Positions 49,849 through 62,894 of a DNA stretch of 64,000 nucleotides are shown here, one piece after another. Source of the DNA: Neoconidiobolus thromboides FSU 785 (taxonomy: Eukaryota > Fungi > Entomophthoromycota); assembly GCA_025603075.1 (NCBI GenBank), contig MU626333.1, positions 1-64,000 of the forward strand, in the 5' to 3' direction. The notes below the pieces were generated by a model. The model made no database searches, was not told the origin of the DNA, and saw only the letters and a program-made list of their open reading frames with translations. Position 1 is the stretch's first letter. Every line of letters begins with the position of its first letter. Both the position numbers and the translations under genes were made by a program.

Positions 49849-50741
49849 ATATATTGTATGTCATTTTGGACTATAAAAATATGACAAAAACTGATTCCAG
49901 ATATAAACATTAGGGATTCGACTCCTTGTCTAGTTGCTATTTTTGTAATTTTTTCTTGGTATAAAGACTATATTATCTATCATAAAATAACAATGTAATA
50001 TCTTTCACTGCAGTAGTAGCAAGCAAATATCCTGATAAAATATCCGTTTTTGGGTAAAATGAATTTCATCCAACCAACAATTGATTTAATTATAAATGCA
50101 GCTACAGATAATGTTTAAAGGACAATGTTTCAAATGATTTTAATTAAAATCCATACTGATATTGTTAGAAAACTAAAGCTAGTTTTAGGTTCAAAGTTAG
50201 TATTATTCTTTCATATTGCAATTTTATTTTCTATTTGTGACGTATTTTTAATGGTATAGAGATAAATTACCATCAAAAGTGGATTTATCTGGACACTAAT
50301 TTACTTCCTTTTTTATTCTGTTATTTGTCTGTCTTTGTACAAAATAAAGTCTTCATTATTAGTTAAACACTGAAGCAAAAAAAGACATTTATATTTGGTA
50401 ATTATAATAAATGTCTAATGTTTTGGGAATATTTAAACTACTATTTTATACGATAACCTAAGGATTTTAGCTATGTAATACAAAACAATATTCAAAGTTA
50501 GTAAAGTGGTAAAGTTGAAGCTTGTTTATTTTTCAAGTAATTGAAATATGTTTAATTTTACAATAATAATTATTACAACTCATTTTAACAATAAAATTTA
50601 ATACCAAACTTATATACTTAAGACAGCGTCACGATAACTATTAGTAATACATTAACTCAATCACTTTAATTAAGTACATTTCGTCACTCAATTTTGTTTT
50701 TTTTTTGATAGGAAATTATCAATAATTTATCATACTCTGCT

Positions 50742-52569
50742 TTAATTTTCCATAAAGCTGGTAATTTTGACTGAAAAAGATTCATCACTATTTGATTTTG
50801 AGCTAATGGGTAACAAAGGCAACGAAGGTGGAGGAGAATGATAGTTCAATTCTTCATCCCTACGGCAAAACAAAGCTGACCAATATTTAAGGTATCTGGT
50901 ATCAGCAATAATACTTTTATTATTATCAATATCAGTTGAATAAATTGGATTAATGTATTGATCTTTATCCGACATGATTTTCGACCAAATCGAATACGTG
51001 CTATTAAATAAATTAGGTTGCTGTTTTAAGTCCTGTTCTCTATCAAATAAAAAGTTAGCAAATTGACAAGAATAAGTATGTTGATATAAATGTATCAAAA
51101 ACTTTTCATTAAATTCAAACATGGTTGGATTCTGTGTCCAAAGTTGATACGTACAGTCTAAAAATTGATGAAAAATTGGGCTTGTTTCTTTATCCTGTTC
51201 CGGTTTAGCTGAAGCATATTGATAAAACTTATTTTGCATATTGGAAAGCAAACTTGGGCTACTAGTATGATTCAATTGAATAGAAGAATTATCTACAAAT
51301 GCTTTGCTTTTTGTCAAATGCCCACATCGACTACGAAATTTATATCCAAAACTTATCCAGTCCTTTTCAATTAATATACAAAACCCTTTTATAGTGCGAT
51401 AAAAGGGATCCAGGCATAGCGCAGAAAGTGAAGTGATTTGGGCTGTACGATCCCAGCCATCGGAACAATGTACAACAACGTGAGAATCTAATTCATCAAC
51501 ATGCTTTATTACTTGGTTAGTAGCGTCCATTATTGTTCGAATATGCTTAAGCCAATTGCTTTTGGTTAATTGTATTCTACTAATGACTCCTTTCCCATCT
51601 GCAATGCAAATAGCTTCATTTAATTTATTAAGTGATTCCCTTACTACATGTATATTTTCTATACCCATGAACTCTCTTTTACAGTTGGGATAAAAGTCCA
51701 TATTCTCCGAACCTGCACCAATAGCTTGATTAGCCATAGCATTAACCCCAGGTCTTGCATCAACAATAAGGTTATCTTTTGAAGGTTTGGTTTCAAAAAT
51801 AGCTTGAATTAATCTTTCATCTTGGTACGAGCGATTTTTTTGAATACCAAGTAGTGGCTGACTACATCTTGTAATAGAAGATCCATTTGGATGTAAATAA
51901 GTTAATACTGGAAGTCGACATTTACTTCGATATTTACAAGCATATTTTAAAACCGCATCACTTACTGATGTTGGGACTACTAAGGTGCTAGGATAAGTAG
52001 GGCTAAAATTATAACTAGAATTAATCGTTGTGAATCTCCAGCTATTGCTGTTTGTTTCTATTCCCATACGTCGGAACTCTTCCATAGGTTCGTAGATCTT
52101 CCAGCCCTGTTCACGTTTGAAGGTAAATGGGGTACGAGGCTCAAAATAAAACGCATAAACACTAGTAATAGCATCTGAAATTATAAAAATATAAAATCAA
52201 TTTTTCAGAAAAATAGATTAGAGTTTACCTATGCAAGTTAACTTCTTAATGGAATCAAAAGCGTCTAATACAAGGCTTTGAGATTTAAAAGAAAGTACAA
52301 AAAAAAGAAAGTGATGGCATTTAATTTCTAAAGGATATTTACCATCATCAGTTAAAGGTAGACATTGTACGGATGAAATCAAAGAATAAGTAACCCATTT
52401 TTCTTCATTTGGATGAGAGAAAATGAGATGGTGTGGGGTTAAATGTAAAGTTCCAATTAGGGTCTCTGAGTGCATTAAAAGACTTACATCATTTACCTTA
52501 ATATATTTAATTGGAAGTTGTGATTTTCAAATGACTTATAGTTACCTTGGTTACTTTTATATGTTCCAT
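50742..52569 (-). CDS. Myotubularin-family phosphoinositide 3-phosphatase (Ymr1/MTMR6-like), 3 exons: 52569-52546, 52496-52229, 52174-50742 (~574 aa)
   Basis: Catalytic HCSDGWDRT; SSITRCSQPL, DARP..NA, IEKDWISFG, SPIFHQFLD motifs. N-terminal MEHIKVTK|VNDV and PH-GRAM-like GTLHLTPHHLIF recovered by splicing; frames are consistent. Confidence 0.93.
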
Positions 52570-53463
52570 TATAAAATTAAATTTGCATATATTTGAATAA
52601 ATAGTTGGCTTAATAATAACAACTTATTTTTATTTATTTTCCTTTGTCATTAACTAATTTTCAAGTGACAACTGTTGTTTTTATTGGCTTGTTATTGCAT
52701 TTTGTTCTTTCATTGGATATTTTAGATTTAAGTTGAAGGGAAAATATTATTATAATTTGATGGTTAACAATAAATCAGGTATATTAAATTTAATATATAT
52801 AATATAATATAAACTACAATACAAAGGTAGATTAAAGATAAAATTATAATGAATCAATAATATATATATATAATATCTTAATAATAGAACGTCTTTAAAA
52901 AAGGAGTGAATATGGTCTTACTTAACAGCTTTTATTTTATTTATTTGCTTATTAAAATAAAAAACATTTAAAATGAACACTTATTTAAACCTACATATAT
53001 TTTAATATCAAATAAACTTTGCTGGGTTATTTATATATCTAACTAATAAATGGATCATTGATACTAGACCAATAAATTATAAATAAATCAAAAATAAATT
53101 AAAAAGTAAAATATACGCATAATGCTTTTGAGTAGATGATGAAGAAAGGAGACTGTGTTTTAAATTGTTAACAAATTTAATTAGTATTTTTTAACATTTC
53201 AATAGCTCAACTAAATCTTCAATTACACTGTTTCATTATCCACCAAAAAATGCTTGATATAAAGGTAAATATCGAAATTAATAATAAAATGTTAATAAGT
53301 TAAGCCGGGTATTCTTTTACTCTCATAGCTAATTTACTGAGTTATATTTTAAAATAATAATAGTAATAGTAACAAATAGTATAAAAGGCTTGAGTTTTCT
53401 AGTAAACAAAATTATAAACAGTCAATACACACATAGTAATTTCAAATTAATAATAGTAGAATA

Positions 53464-53739
53464 ATGTTTAAATCCTTTTTACTCTTATTCTTATCCTTAT
53501 ATTTTGTTACTGGCTCCAAAATAATTAAAGCAGGTACTAAAATAGTTACAGAAGTAGCTAAAGACATGTCTCATCGTTATGTTGTTGGTAAAATGGAAGA
53601 TCAAACACCAAAGCCAAATACGGATGCACCAAAATTTCAAATGCCAAAACCTACAAAGCTAGGTGTTGAATATTTTAATGAGTATCAAAAAAAGAGATTT
53701 GGAAGAAGTTGGATTAAAAAAATCGTTAAAAGCCTTTAA
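53464..53739 (+). CDS. Small secreted cationic protein, family member 1 (91 aa)
   Basis: Signal-like MFKSFLLLFLSLYFVTG; paralogs at 55349, 57909, 63529; AGTATAAAAG ~80 bp upstream. Confidence 0.85.
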   Translation: MFKSFLLLFLSLYFVTGSKIIKAGTKIVTEVAKDMSHRYVVGKMEDQTPKPNTDAPKFQMPKPTKLGVEYFNEYQKKRFGRSWIKKIVKSL

Positions 53740-54830
53740 CTGAATAATAAATTGTTATTTTTATAAGATCCTTTATAAACTATATTACTATTATTCGATG
53801 TTTTATTTTATAAAGTCCTTTAAAAGTAATTTATATCTTATTATAAGTAGTTTTTAGATTAATAAAGCTAAACAATTATAATTTAATAGTCAAGGTAATC
53901 ACTGTATAGTCAGTTTACTTAGAAGTTAATCACTATCTATATCAATAACAACTACATGTGCATTTTATTATAACAGTAGGATAAGTTTGTAATAGATTTC
54001 CTTCTACCACAATTAAACAAACGTTTTGTTCTATTTTTATTTAATAGACTAACTATTCTCAATGATTGTAAATTCGATTGTAGTTGATTTAACTTATTAA
54101 ATATATTCAGATCTCTTATACCTAGCCCTATATATATAGTAGCTTAGTTTGTGAGTGGTATTGATTTGTTTTTTTCAGTGAAGAGTATCTTTATTTACAC
54201 TTAGTAGTTAATATTGCAAGTATCAACCTTAATTCCACAAAGAGTAGGCCTAAACAATCATTTAATTAATAAGTTACTATAACTAATGATTTTATTTTTT
54301 CTTGTAATTAATTTACTGAGTGCTTATCTATGTCAATTATTCATTGTATGTTTTAATAAACAGCAAGTTACAAAAATGAATTGAAAGTAATAAAGTCATA
54401 GGCTGTAAGTAAAAACATAACCTCAATATTTTGGAATTAAATATCAAAAATCTTAAGATGGTGCTATAAAATGGAATAAATTTGACTATGAAATTAATTT
54501 AGGAATTAATATATTATTTAAAAATATGTGAGCAAGTTATTAGTTAACAGTTCTTGATTTATTTTTTATTCATTAAAATAGAAGAAGTATTCAATAGAAT
54601 TTTTATTTCAAACTTACTATTATTACATTTAATATTAGATGAATCTAGCTACATCATCATTATCTTTAAATTATAAACAAGTTATCGTAATTAATTAATA
54701 CACTAAAATACGAATTAGAAACAAATAAATAAATTTTTGAATCATAGTAATTTGGCACCCTATTATGGTTGCTACAGATATGTAAAAGTACTTTATATAA
54801 AACTATAAAGCGAAACTAATAACATAATTT

Positions 54831-54929
54831 GGAGATGTATTTTTGTATTTGAGAATTTTACTAACAATTTTTCCACTCAAATAGTGCTTAAAAGATAGAA
54901 AAATAATGAAGCCAAAAAAAAACATCCTC
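54831..54929 (-). mobile_element. ~98-bp MITE copy
   Basis: GGAGATGT...ACATCCTC; TSD attt/attt. Confidence 0.9.
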
Positions 54930-55348
54930 ATTTGGATAAATAAAGTTAATTATCCATATTATTTCATAGCTTATCTATTAAATTTATATTAAAAATAAAA
55001 ATGGCTTAAATATAACAATATTCCAGTAAAGATATTAGCATCATGTATTAAATAACAATAATTGAATATAAAGTTTTAAAAATTCACTAAAAAATTGCCT
55101 TAAAAAGTAAATAAAAAACAAAAAAATATATCAATATTTTTAAAGTGAACTCGTGGTATTAAAATAAATATATTGATATTTGAAAATATGAATTCATGCT
55201 GATAAAAGCACCAATATTAATGCTTTAACAAAAAACTTTGTATTAATAAAAATAAAAATCAATAGTATAAAAGGGATACAATTTCAAGAAGACAAAAGCA
55301 TTAAGCAATTAATATAAATACAATAGTCTAAGTAAAAACAGCTGAATC

Positions 55349-55624
55349 ATGTTCAAATTCTTCTTATTCTTCCTCTTATCTTTATACTTTGTTACTGGTT
55401 CTGGGATACTCAGAGCAGGTGTTAAATTAGGCACGGAGGTAGCCAAGGATTTAGCTCATCGTTATGTTGTCGGTAAAGCGGAAGATCAAATACCAAAGCC
55501 AAAGACAAATGTACCAAAACTTCCAGTATATAAACCAACAAAATTAGGTGTTGAGCTATTCAATAAGTATCATAATAAGAAGTTCGGAAAGAGATGGGTT
55601 AAAAAGATCGTCAATAGTCTTTAA
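55349..55624 (+). CDS. Small secreted cationic protein, member 2 (91 aa)
   Basis: Same architecture as member 1; AGTATAAAAG ~80 bp upstream. Confidence 0.87.
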   Translation: MFKFFLFFLLSLYFVTGSGILRAGVKLGTEVAKDLAHRYVVGKAEDQIPKPKTNVPKLPVYKPTKLGVELFNKYHNKKFGKRWVKKIVNSL

Positions 55625-56496
55625 CTTAATAAAAATTTGATATTTTTGTTAGATTTGACTACATTTTATATTATTGCTATTGAATTCTAATTTTATTAAA
55701 CGTTTATAAGTTCGACTTTTATCAAATGTAATTTTAAAGTTTTAGGATCAAAAAACCCCTTAACCTCGATGACCTAGAGTAGTTATTATGTGATGAGTTC
55801 GTTTATGAACTAGCCAAAAACTATGATGATGACTAATCATTAATTACCTTTTAATATTACAGCGGAATCTGGTTTCCAGTAGATTGCTTAACATACAATC
55901 AGAAACAAATACTTTATGATCCGTTTATTATCTAACTAACATCAGTCATTCCCGTTAACTACAGCTTTTAATTGAACTCAATCTGAGTTATTAAATACTT
56001 TTAGATATCTCATGACCAATCCTAGGATAACACAATAGTTTGAGTTTTAGGAAATACTGTTTTATTTTGTAAGCTCAAAGCTGCTTTGCACTGTGATATG
56101 TAATTAATGCTACTGATGATAAACCTGAGGTCTCATAAATATTGGTGCAGAAACAACTATTCGCTTCAAATTTAGATTTTTCAAGAGGTTCTTATATCTA
56201 ATGTATGTTAGCTCTTGACATGGTTTGTTTATTGAAGGTTTACATAAAAAACTTATTTAGTATTTTGATAAATGTTAGGTTATCGAGGCTGAATTGAAGA
56301 CCATGAAATTATGGACTAGTACCAAAAATAAAACAAGCTTACTTTATTTCAAAATAGTATGATGGTAAAGAGGATTAAATTGTCAAATATAATAAATATA
56401 GTTTTGAAAGATACGTCGATTTTGACTTCATTACTTTATTTCTCTTATGTTAAAATTTTAATATGACTATAAAACGGAATGATAAAAGTACAAAAC

Positions 56497-56596
56497 GAGG
56501 GATATATCTTTTGTGTTTAAGAATTTTATCAAGAATTTTTTCACTTAAATAATGCTTAAAGGATCGAAAAAGTGATGAAGCCAAAAAAACGTCTCC
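56497..56596 (-). mobile_element. MITE copy
   Basis: Family core with ends gagggata...acgtctcc. Confidence 0.8.
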
Positions 56597-57554
56597 AAAT
56601 GAACTTTTGTGAAAGAGACTTTTTTCAATAAAGTGATATACCAAATAAGGTGTTTTAGGTTCACCTATTAAACTATTACATGACAAGCAATCCCATTAAC
56701 TTTTATTAAAAGTGGCTTATTTCTTTAAAATGCAATAAATGTATATATTAAATAACAAGCTTTTAAAACAGCCAACACATAATAATCTAAAGGCTCTGTA
56801 AACAAACTATAAAGTGTTGCTATTAAATCAGTATTGAAAAAATTACTGGATATATTTTATTTTAAAAATATTTAGAAAACTGCTATAAAAAAATAACATA
56901 AGGCATTTACAAATAAAGAAATAAAAATAAAATTTTAAACTTAACTTTATAATTGAGCTATTGATTAAGTTTGTCAAGAGTATTATAAAAATTGAAACTG
57001 TTGTATTAGAATATCATATAAAGTAAAAAGATTCGAAGTTATACAGACATCTAGTATGTATACTTATTTAGTAAGTTGAGTTGTTTATATAGGATTGAAG
57101 GATTAACATATCTAAGTAATTCACCTCAATTGTCCCAAATTATTATATGAAAACTCCCTTTTTTTCTACTTCCGCAACCTATCATGTCCGTTTGAGTATA
57201 CAAAGGAACAAATTTAAATGAGTTCAATATAATTTCTTATCGTCTTTGGATGGTTTATAGGAAACTGAAAGTCTTCCCGCAATCTAATAGTTCCTACAAA
57301 CACCTTGCTTACCTTTATGGTATCTTATCTCGCTCTAATTTACAAATAGGTAAAAACGCTTAAAAGTTATAAATTGACTGTTTTAAGATTATTAAATTAA
57401 TTAAAAATATTAAAATCTGAATATGGAAGTGGCATTTTCGTTTTAATATTCAACTAAAGATTATTTTAAAATTTATTTCAAAAGAATAAACAAAATATTG
57501 AAGATAGAAATGACATTACTATAAATAACCTTTATAGAATAATAGATTGAATAA

Positions 57555-57596
57555 TTTAATAAGAATGATTTAATAAGAATGATTTAATAAGAATAA
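57555..57596 (+). repeat. Short tandem repeat, ~14-bp unit x3
   Basis: ATTTAATAAGAATG repeated. Confidence 0.7.
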
Positions 57597-57908
57597 TAAA
57601 TAAATAAAAATAAACAAAACAAAATATTCAAACTAGTTTCGTAAATTAAGAACTATATACATTTATGATTAAAAAAGTAAACTGGATGATTACTATAAAA
57701 GTAAATAAATAAATAATAAAAAATAAATTAATATTTTTAAATGAACTCGTAGTATTAAAGATAAAAATAAAATTAATACTATTAATATTTTGAAAAATGA
57801 ATTCATATCAATGTAGGGAAAGCAGATAGTATAAAAAGCATCCGATTCATAAGAAATAAAAGTATCAATCAATATAGTATATAATAACTGATAGCTAACA
57901 TTCATAAA

Positions 57909-58223
57909 ATGATGATTAAATTTTACTTATTCTTCCTCTTATTCTTATACTTTGCTGCTTCTTCTAGAACATCTAAAGTGATTAAAGCAGCTGAAGGAGT
58001 AGGGAAAATAATTACAGATCAAGTTCATAGCTTTGGAACTGAAAAGTTGACAGGGAATTCAAACCGAAGACCAAGCTCACAATCAAAGATAAAAGTTCAA
58101 GTAGAGCCAAAGTCAACCCCAGTTCTACCAAAAGCATCAAAATCTGAAAAAGATTTCGTTCATAAGCATGGTTTCATGAACAAGAGCAGAAGCTGGATCC
58201 AAAAGATTGTTAATAAGCTCTAA
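57909..58223 (+). CDS. Small secreted cationic protein, divergent member 3 (104 aa)
   Basis: Related signal peptide (MMIKFYLFFLLFLYFAAS) and C-terminal RSWIQKIVNKL; shared promoter motifs. Confidence 0.82.
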   Translation: MMIKFYLFFLLFLYFAASSRTSKVIKAAEGVGKIITDQVHSFGTEKLTGNSNRRPSSQSKIKVQVEPKSTPVLPKASKSEKDFVHKHGFMNKSRSWIQKIVNKL

Positions 58224-58589
58224 TCTAATTTAATAAAATTTTGATGCATTTAAGGGGTTGCTAATATTCGCTATTGTTTAAATATAAAATTACTTTTTGC
58301 AAGAAACTTCATATCAGTCTAATTTTGAAAAAAGAAGTTTAGATCCCTAGATTTAGATTGATAAATCAGTAGTCAAATTAATCACAACACAGAGGAATTT
58401 AATGAATTAAAAACTATGATGCCAGCTTAATTCAAAATTGTATTATATAAAAGCAATAACTGTTCATCAATATATCTCTTACTATGATAATCAAACTTAA
58501 TTATTTTATTTATGGTGCTTCATCAATCGATTTTGGTTATCCTTATCTATTAATAGTCCTTTACTAAAAATTGATTTGAAACATTATAT

Positions 58590-58687
58590 GTAAGTGTTTT
58601 TTTCGGTTTCATTGTTTTTTCCATTTTTCAAGCGCTATTTGAATAAAAGATTGCTAGTAAAATTCTTAAACAAAAGAATACATCCCT
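58590..58687 (+). mobile_element. MITE copy
   Basis: gtaagtgt...ACATCCCT; TSD atat/atat. Confidence 0.82.
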
Positions 58688-59050
58688 ATATATTACTTAT
58701 TATGGCAGTTTATTGCAGTTCACAGCTAATTTATCAGCAAAATCCATCACATGATCAAATTATAAGTCTATAGTTGTTTGGTAGTAGAATTTTAATCAAG
58801 TTTTCAAGTACTTTGAAAAATTAAAAAAATCATTAATTAGAATATAACAATAATCAAATTATTTAAAAAATTCTAATGTTTATTAAGTTAAATAATATTA
58901 GGAATCTTCTCAATGCAATTTCTAATTTTCTTTTTTATAGACTCATTATCATGTAGTGATTTTCAATAGTAAACTAATTCTAAATTGTGATACTTGCCTA
59001 ATTGAAAAAATGCATTTGTTATTAAAGGAAAATAGACTCTTGCTACATCT

Positions 59051-59147
59051 GGGGATGTATTTTTATGTTTAGGAATTTTAGTGATAGTTTTTTCATTCAA
59101 ATAGCACTTAAAAAATGGAAAAAGCGATGAGGCCAAAAAAACACCCC
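59051..59147 (-). mobile_element. ~98-bp MITE copy
   Basis: GGGGATGT...ACACCCC; TSD atct/atct. Confidence 0.9.
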
Positions 59148-60329
59148 ATCTCTTATTTTCACAATCAAGCGTTAGCATTTTATTTATACTATTCATATTA
59201 TTTTTATCTAAGTGGCTTTAATTATTATCATTAATGTAACAGTATTTTAGTCAAGTTGATCTTGGCTATTAACTACTTTTAGATCTTCCTTATCTACTTT
59301 TGCAGGTAATAGAATAGACTGAGTTATAGGTAACACTAGTTTAATTTTCAAGTAAACATAGCTTTCATTTACGATTTAACAATTTTCGTGTCAATAGTAA
59401 TCTTAAAAGTCTATAAAGGATGTTGTACAAATAATTATTTGATTTGAGTTTGAACTCTTGTAGTTATTATATCTCCTTTGTAGTTTATTTATCGATTATT
59501 TAAACAAGAATTTTGATTATTGAATTTATCATTAATTAATAACTTACAGGAGTTACCTGGAAGTAATGGGTTCACAGCCAGCAATAAAAAGTAAAATCAT
59601 AATATTCCAAAATAAAATAACAAAGCAAAAGGATTCAATCATTATGATCAACGTTTGGTAAGCTCTATTTTATTATTTAAAAATTTAATCTTACCGAAAA
59701 TTATTGACTTCAATTATGATTTTACTTTTTTGACTTCAAACTTCACTTTCTTTATTTGTCAACTTTTTACAATGACAAAAATGAACATTGTACAAATTGA
59801 ATTTTGATAAAAAATAGAAATCATTATAATAAAATTATACATTAGCTAGAGAATTTGGCTTTGCCTTATAAAATGATTATATAAATAAGGCGGTTTTAAT
59901 CAATACTTGCTTTATAAGTTATATAGCATTAGTCTAATTTTTTTTGAATTTTTACTAACTTTAGTAACAAACAATTTTGCTATAAAAGATTATGTACAGA
60001 TACTAATAGAGTAATAGTTGTTTTGTATAATTATCTTGTAATCGCCTTGAATTTCCTGTTATTATTTAAGAATTTTTATATTCCTATCTAGAGAGGAAAG
60101 CGTTTTATTTATATATAAGGAAAAAACCAAAAGAGGGTTTGTTGCTACATATACCACCCAAGATTTTAAACTGAACCAGGAAAAAGAAAAAGAAATAAGA
60201 AATAACATTAATAATTCTGAGGTACTAAGCATAGCCGCTTTACAACCCAAATACTATCTAGTAGCTGACACTTTGAATGCAGGGATCAAAAAGAATTGAC
60301 TCGAATATTTTTTATCTTTAGAGGGTTTA

Positions 60330-60419
60330 TAAGGTAGTTTTTTGTTTAGCTTTAATTGTAGCCTTTCCACTCAAATAGCGCTTAAAAACGCAAAAAGCAA
60401 TGAAACCAAAAAAACGCCC
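60330..60419 (-). mobile_element. Degenerate MITE copy
   Basis: ttccactcaaatagcgcttaaaaa...aatgaaaccaaaaaaacgccc. Confidence 0.7.
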
Positions 60420-61362
60420 AATTAACAGAGAAAAGAGTAGGTGAGCCCTTTTTAAGTTAAAGCTTTCCGTCGTTTGATAGTCACTTTGATTGACAAGATT
60501 ACTTTAGTCATGTTGTAATTCAGTTCTTTGAGATAGTAATATATGATCTAAATGGCAGGACTAGCTATAGGTAGAAGAGCCGCTCTGATAACAAAAGGAA
60601 AGTGTCTTAAAAAAGGAGAACGAAAGCAAACATTCAAACATACTAGATAATTGTTACTTGCCTATCTAATTATCTCATGAATATATATTCATGGTTTTAT
60701 GAATGATTTTATTGGTTATATTGTAAGCACTTAGACTGCTGTTTTTAATTTTTTTGAATATTATTGTTATAAGTAGAAGCTTTCTATTTCAATAGTTTAA
60801 TAAAAACTGAAATAGAAATAAAACAAAAACATGGATTTTGGTATTTATAAGTTTATAAAACGAGATAATATAAAGCAATTTATATTATTTCAAATGTTTT
60901 ATATTATATAAATAAAACTTGATATTGTAAATGTTTTTTCCTGTCTCAATAGTTTGTTCATTTTATAAGCACTTAGAATTTGAATAGGTAAGAATAAAGA
61001 ATATCATTATTTCCGAAGGTCATACTATTAATTCCGTAGGCAATTAATTAAATTTTATTTTTAAAGAAGCATAAATAATATAAATGATAACTTAAAAAAT
61101 GTCTCGATTTCACATATTGAACACTTATTATCATTTATTAATATTGAAAACGTAGGTTTTACAATTACTATAGAAAGTAAATGAAAAAGCAGTCATTGAT
61201 GTTTATTGATAACTAATAAAACATTTCTCAATGATATATTAAAACCTCTTATAAAATAATTGTATGATAATAAAGATACAAACAAAAAGCGTTCGATTCA
61301 CAACAAAAATATGTAAATGATTATTATAATATTTAATGTATATAGTCAATACATACTGAAAC

Positions 61363-61635
61363 ATATTCAAATTTTACCTATTCTTCCTCTTATCCTTATG
61401 TTTTGGTACTACTTCTGCATTAATCAAAGCAAGTATTAAACCAAGCACTGAAGTATTTGAAGATTATCTTGTCATTCCACTATTGGTATAATAGAAAATT
61501 AGATATCAAATCAAAATAGTGGATACATCGTGTAAAGTGCTACTACCAAGAAAGTTAGATGTTGGGTTATTTAATAAGGCTCAAAAGGTTAGATTCAGGA
61601 AGAGATGGATTAAAAAGATTATCGATAGCTTTTAA
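61363..61635 (+). pseudogene. Pseudogene of the small secreted protein family (member 4); missing from the ORF track
   Basis: ATA replaces ATG. Reads IFKFYLFFLLSLCFGTTSALIKASIK..TEV..D, then frameshift and stops, then PRKLDVGLFNKAQKVRFRKRWIKKIIDSF*. Confidence 0.85.
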
Positions 61636-62260
61636 TCAATAAAACCATTAAACTTTCAACACTTTTATTTGTATAGTTTAGATTATTAATTGTGTTTTAA
61701 AAAACTAAGTTTAATAAATTTTCGATTAGCATGACCAAAAAGAAACAAAAATTCATATTTCTTTAATAAGTAAACTTTGATGGCTTTCATTAACTAGTAC
61801 TTTTCGATTAGATTGACTCGAGCTATTAAACACTTGTAAATCTCTCATTGCCAATCCTAAAGATAACATAATAAGTTGATTTGTAAGCGACATTCACTTG
61901 TATTGTAAGTGGGCTAATCTCATTGTGTTACGATCAATAACTGACGTTATAGATACAACCTCAAGGCTTTTTAAAGAATAACATATAGAAATTGTTTAGC
62001 TCAACCAAATCCTTTAAAAAGCTTATTAAATGGATTTTTTTTAAAGAAATTAGCCTCAGGTGTTTCATTAACTAGGATAGAGATATAAATGCCAATGTCA
62101 TGTAATTTAGAGACTATATCATTTAATGATACCATTCTGAAAGTGTAGGAGGTACAAGAAGAGAGTCCAAGCTTTTAGTATCCTTTTAATATTAAGAAAG
62201 ATGGAATGTAAATTACTTGGACTATAATATGATTAACGCTTCTCATTAAAGGGAGAGAAG

Positions 62261-62725
62261 CGTGAAATATCGCTTTGTCAGCCCCATAGTTAATTATAAC
62301 ATAATAATCGCCTAAGTTGTCGTATTCTCGATTATAAAGACAATTAGTCCCATACTGTTATTCTGATTTGTTAAGAGAATTCCTATCTTCGTCTCAAAGA
62401 ATATTCTCCCCTCGTTTTGATATTTATATTTATCGGAGTATAAAAGAGGTTCTAAAACATAATAGCTCGAGGCTTTTTAACTGAATTATTCCCTGATATC
62501 TCGAGCATTTAATAAAGCCGCTAAGTTTTCTTAATAGTATTTTACGTAGATTTTTACATTAGTATTGTCTATTCTATTTATCTTATATAGCTTGTAACCT
62601 ATTACGTGCTATTCTTCATAATCCAAGTCTATCTCAGTCACATAAACTAAGACCTTTCGACTTATAGTGTAGTTAACCCAGCAATAGCTGTTCTTGACTC
62701 CAAACACTGAGTACCAGATTTCACA
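62261..62725 (+). mobile_element. Solo LTR-like element, copy D
   Basis: CGTGAAAT...ATTTCACA; closely matches the reverse complement of copy B; flanks agaagc/agaggc around GTG..CAC. Confidence 0.82.
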
Positions 62726-62894
62726 GAGGCATTTAATTCAAAGGAGGTATTTAAGAAGGCAGTTGGATAGATTGAAGAGAAGCAAAGCTTTTTATTTTTA
62801 TATCTCATTACAAATTTGCTAAGTTAAAACCATATCAGGTGATAATATATTTTTTCTATTATATATATAAAGATATTAATGTAAAGGGGCTTAT

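Noticed and set aside
50742-52475. Two separate ORFs (447 aa and 85 aa)
   Set aside because: They are exons of one myotubularin gene joined by GT-AG introns in frame.
57100-57350. Minus-strand IIIWDN resembling a Tc1/IS630 DDE motif
   Set aside because: A single short motif among stops, with no other catalytic motif or TIR.
900-60250. Remaining 60-111 aa intergenic ORFs (e.g. 900, 4818, 8913, 9303, 12462, 12466, 13645, 16702, 17078, 41597, 44536, 57693, 60062)
   Set aside because: AT-rich, F/I/L/K/N-biased translations, several with non-ATG starts, and no motifs or paralogs.
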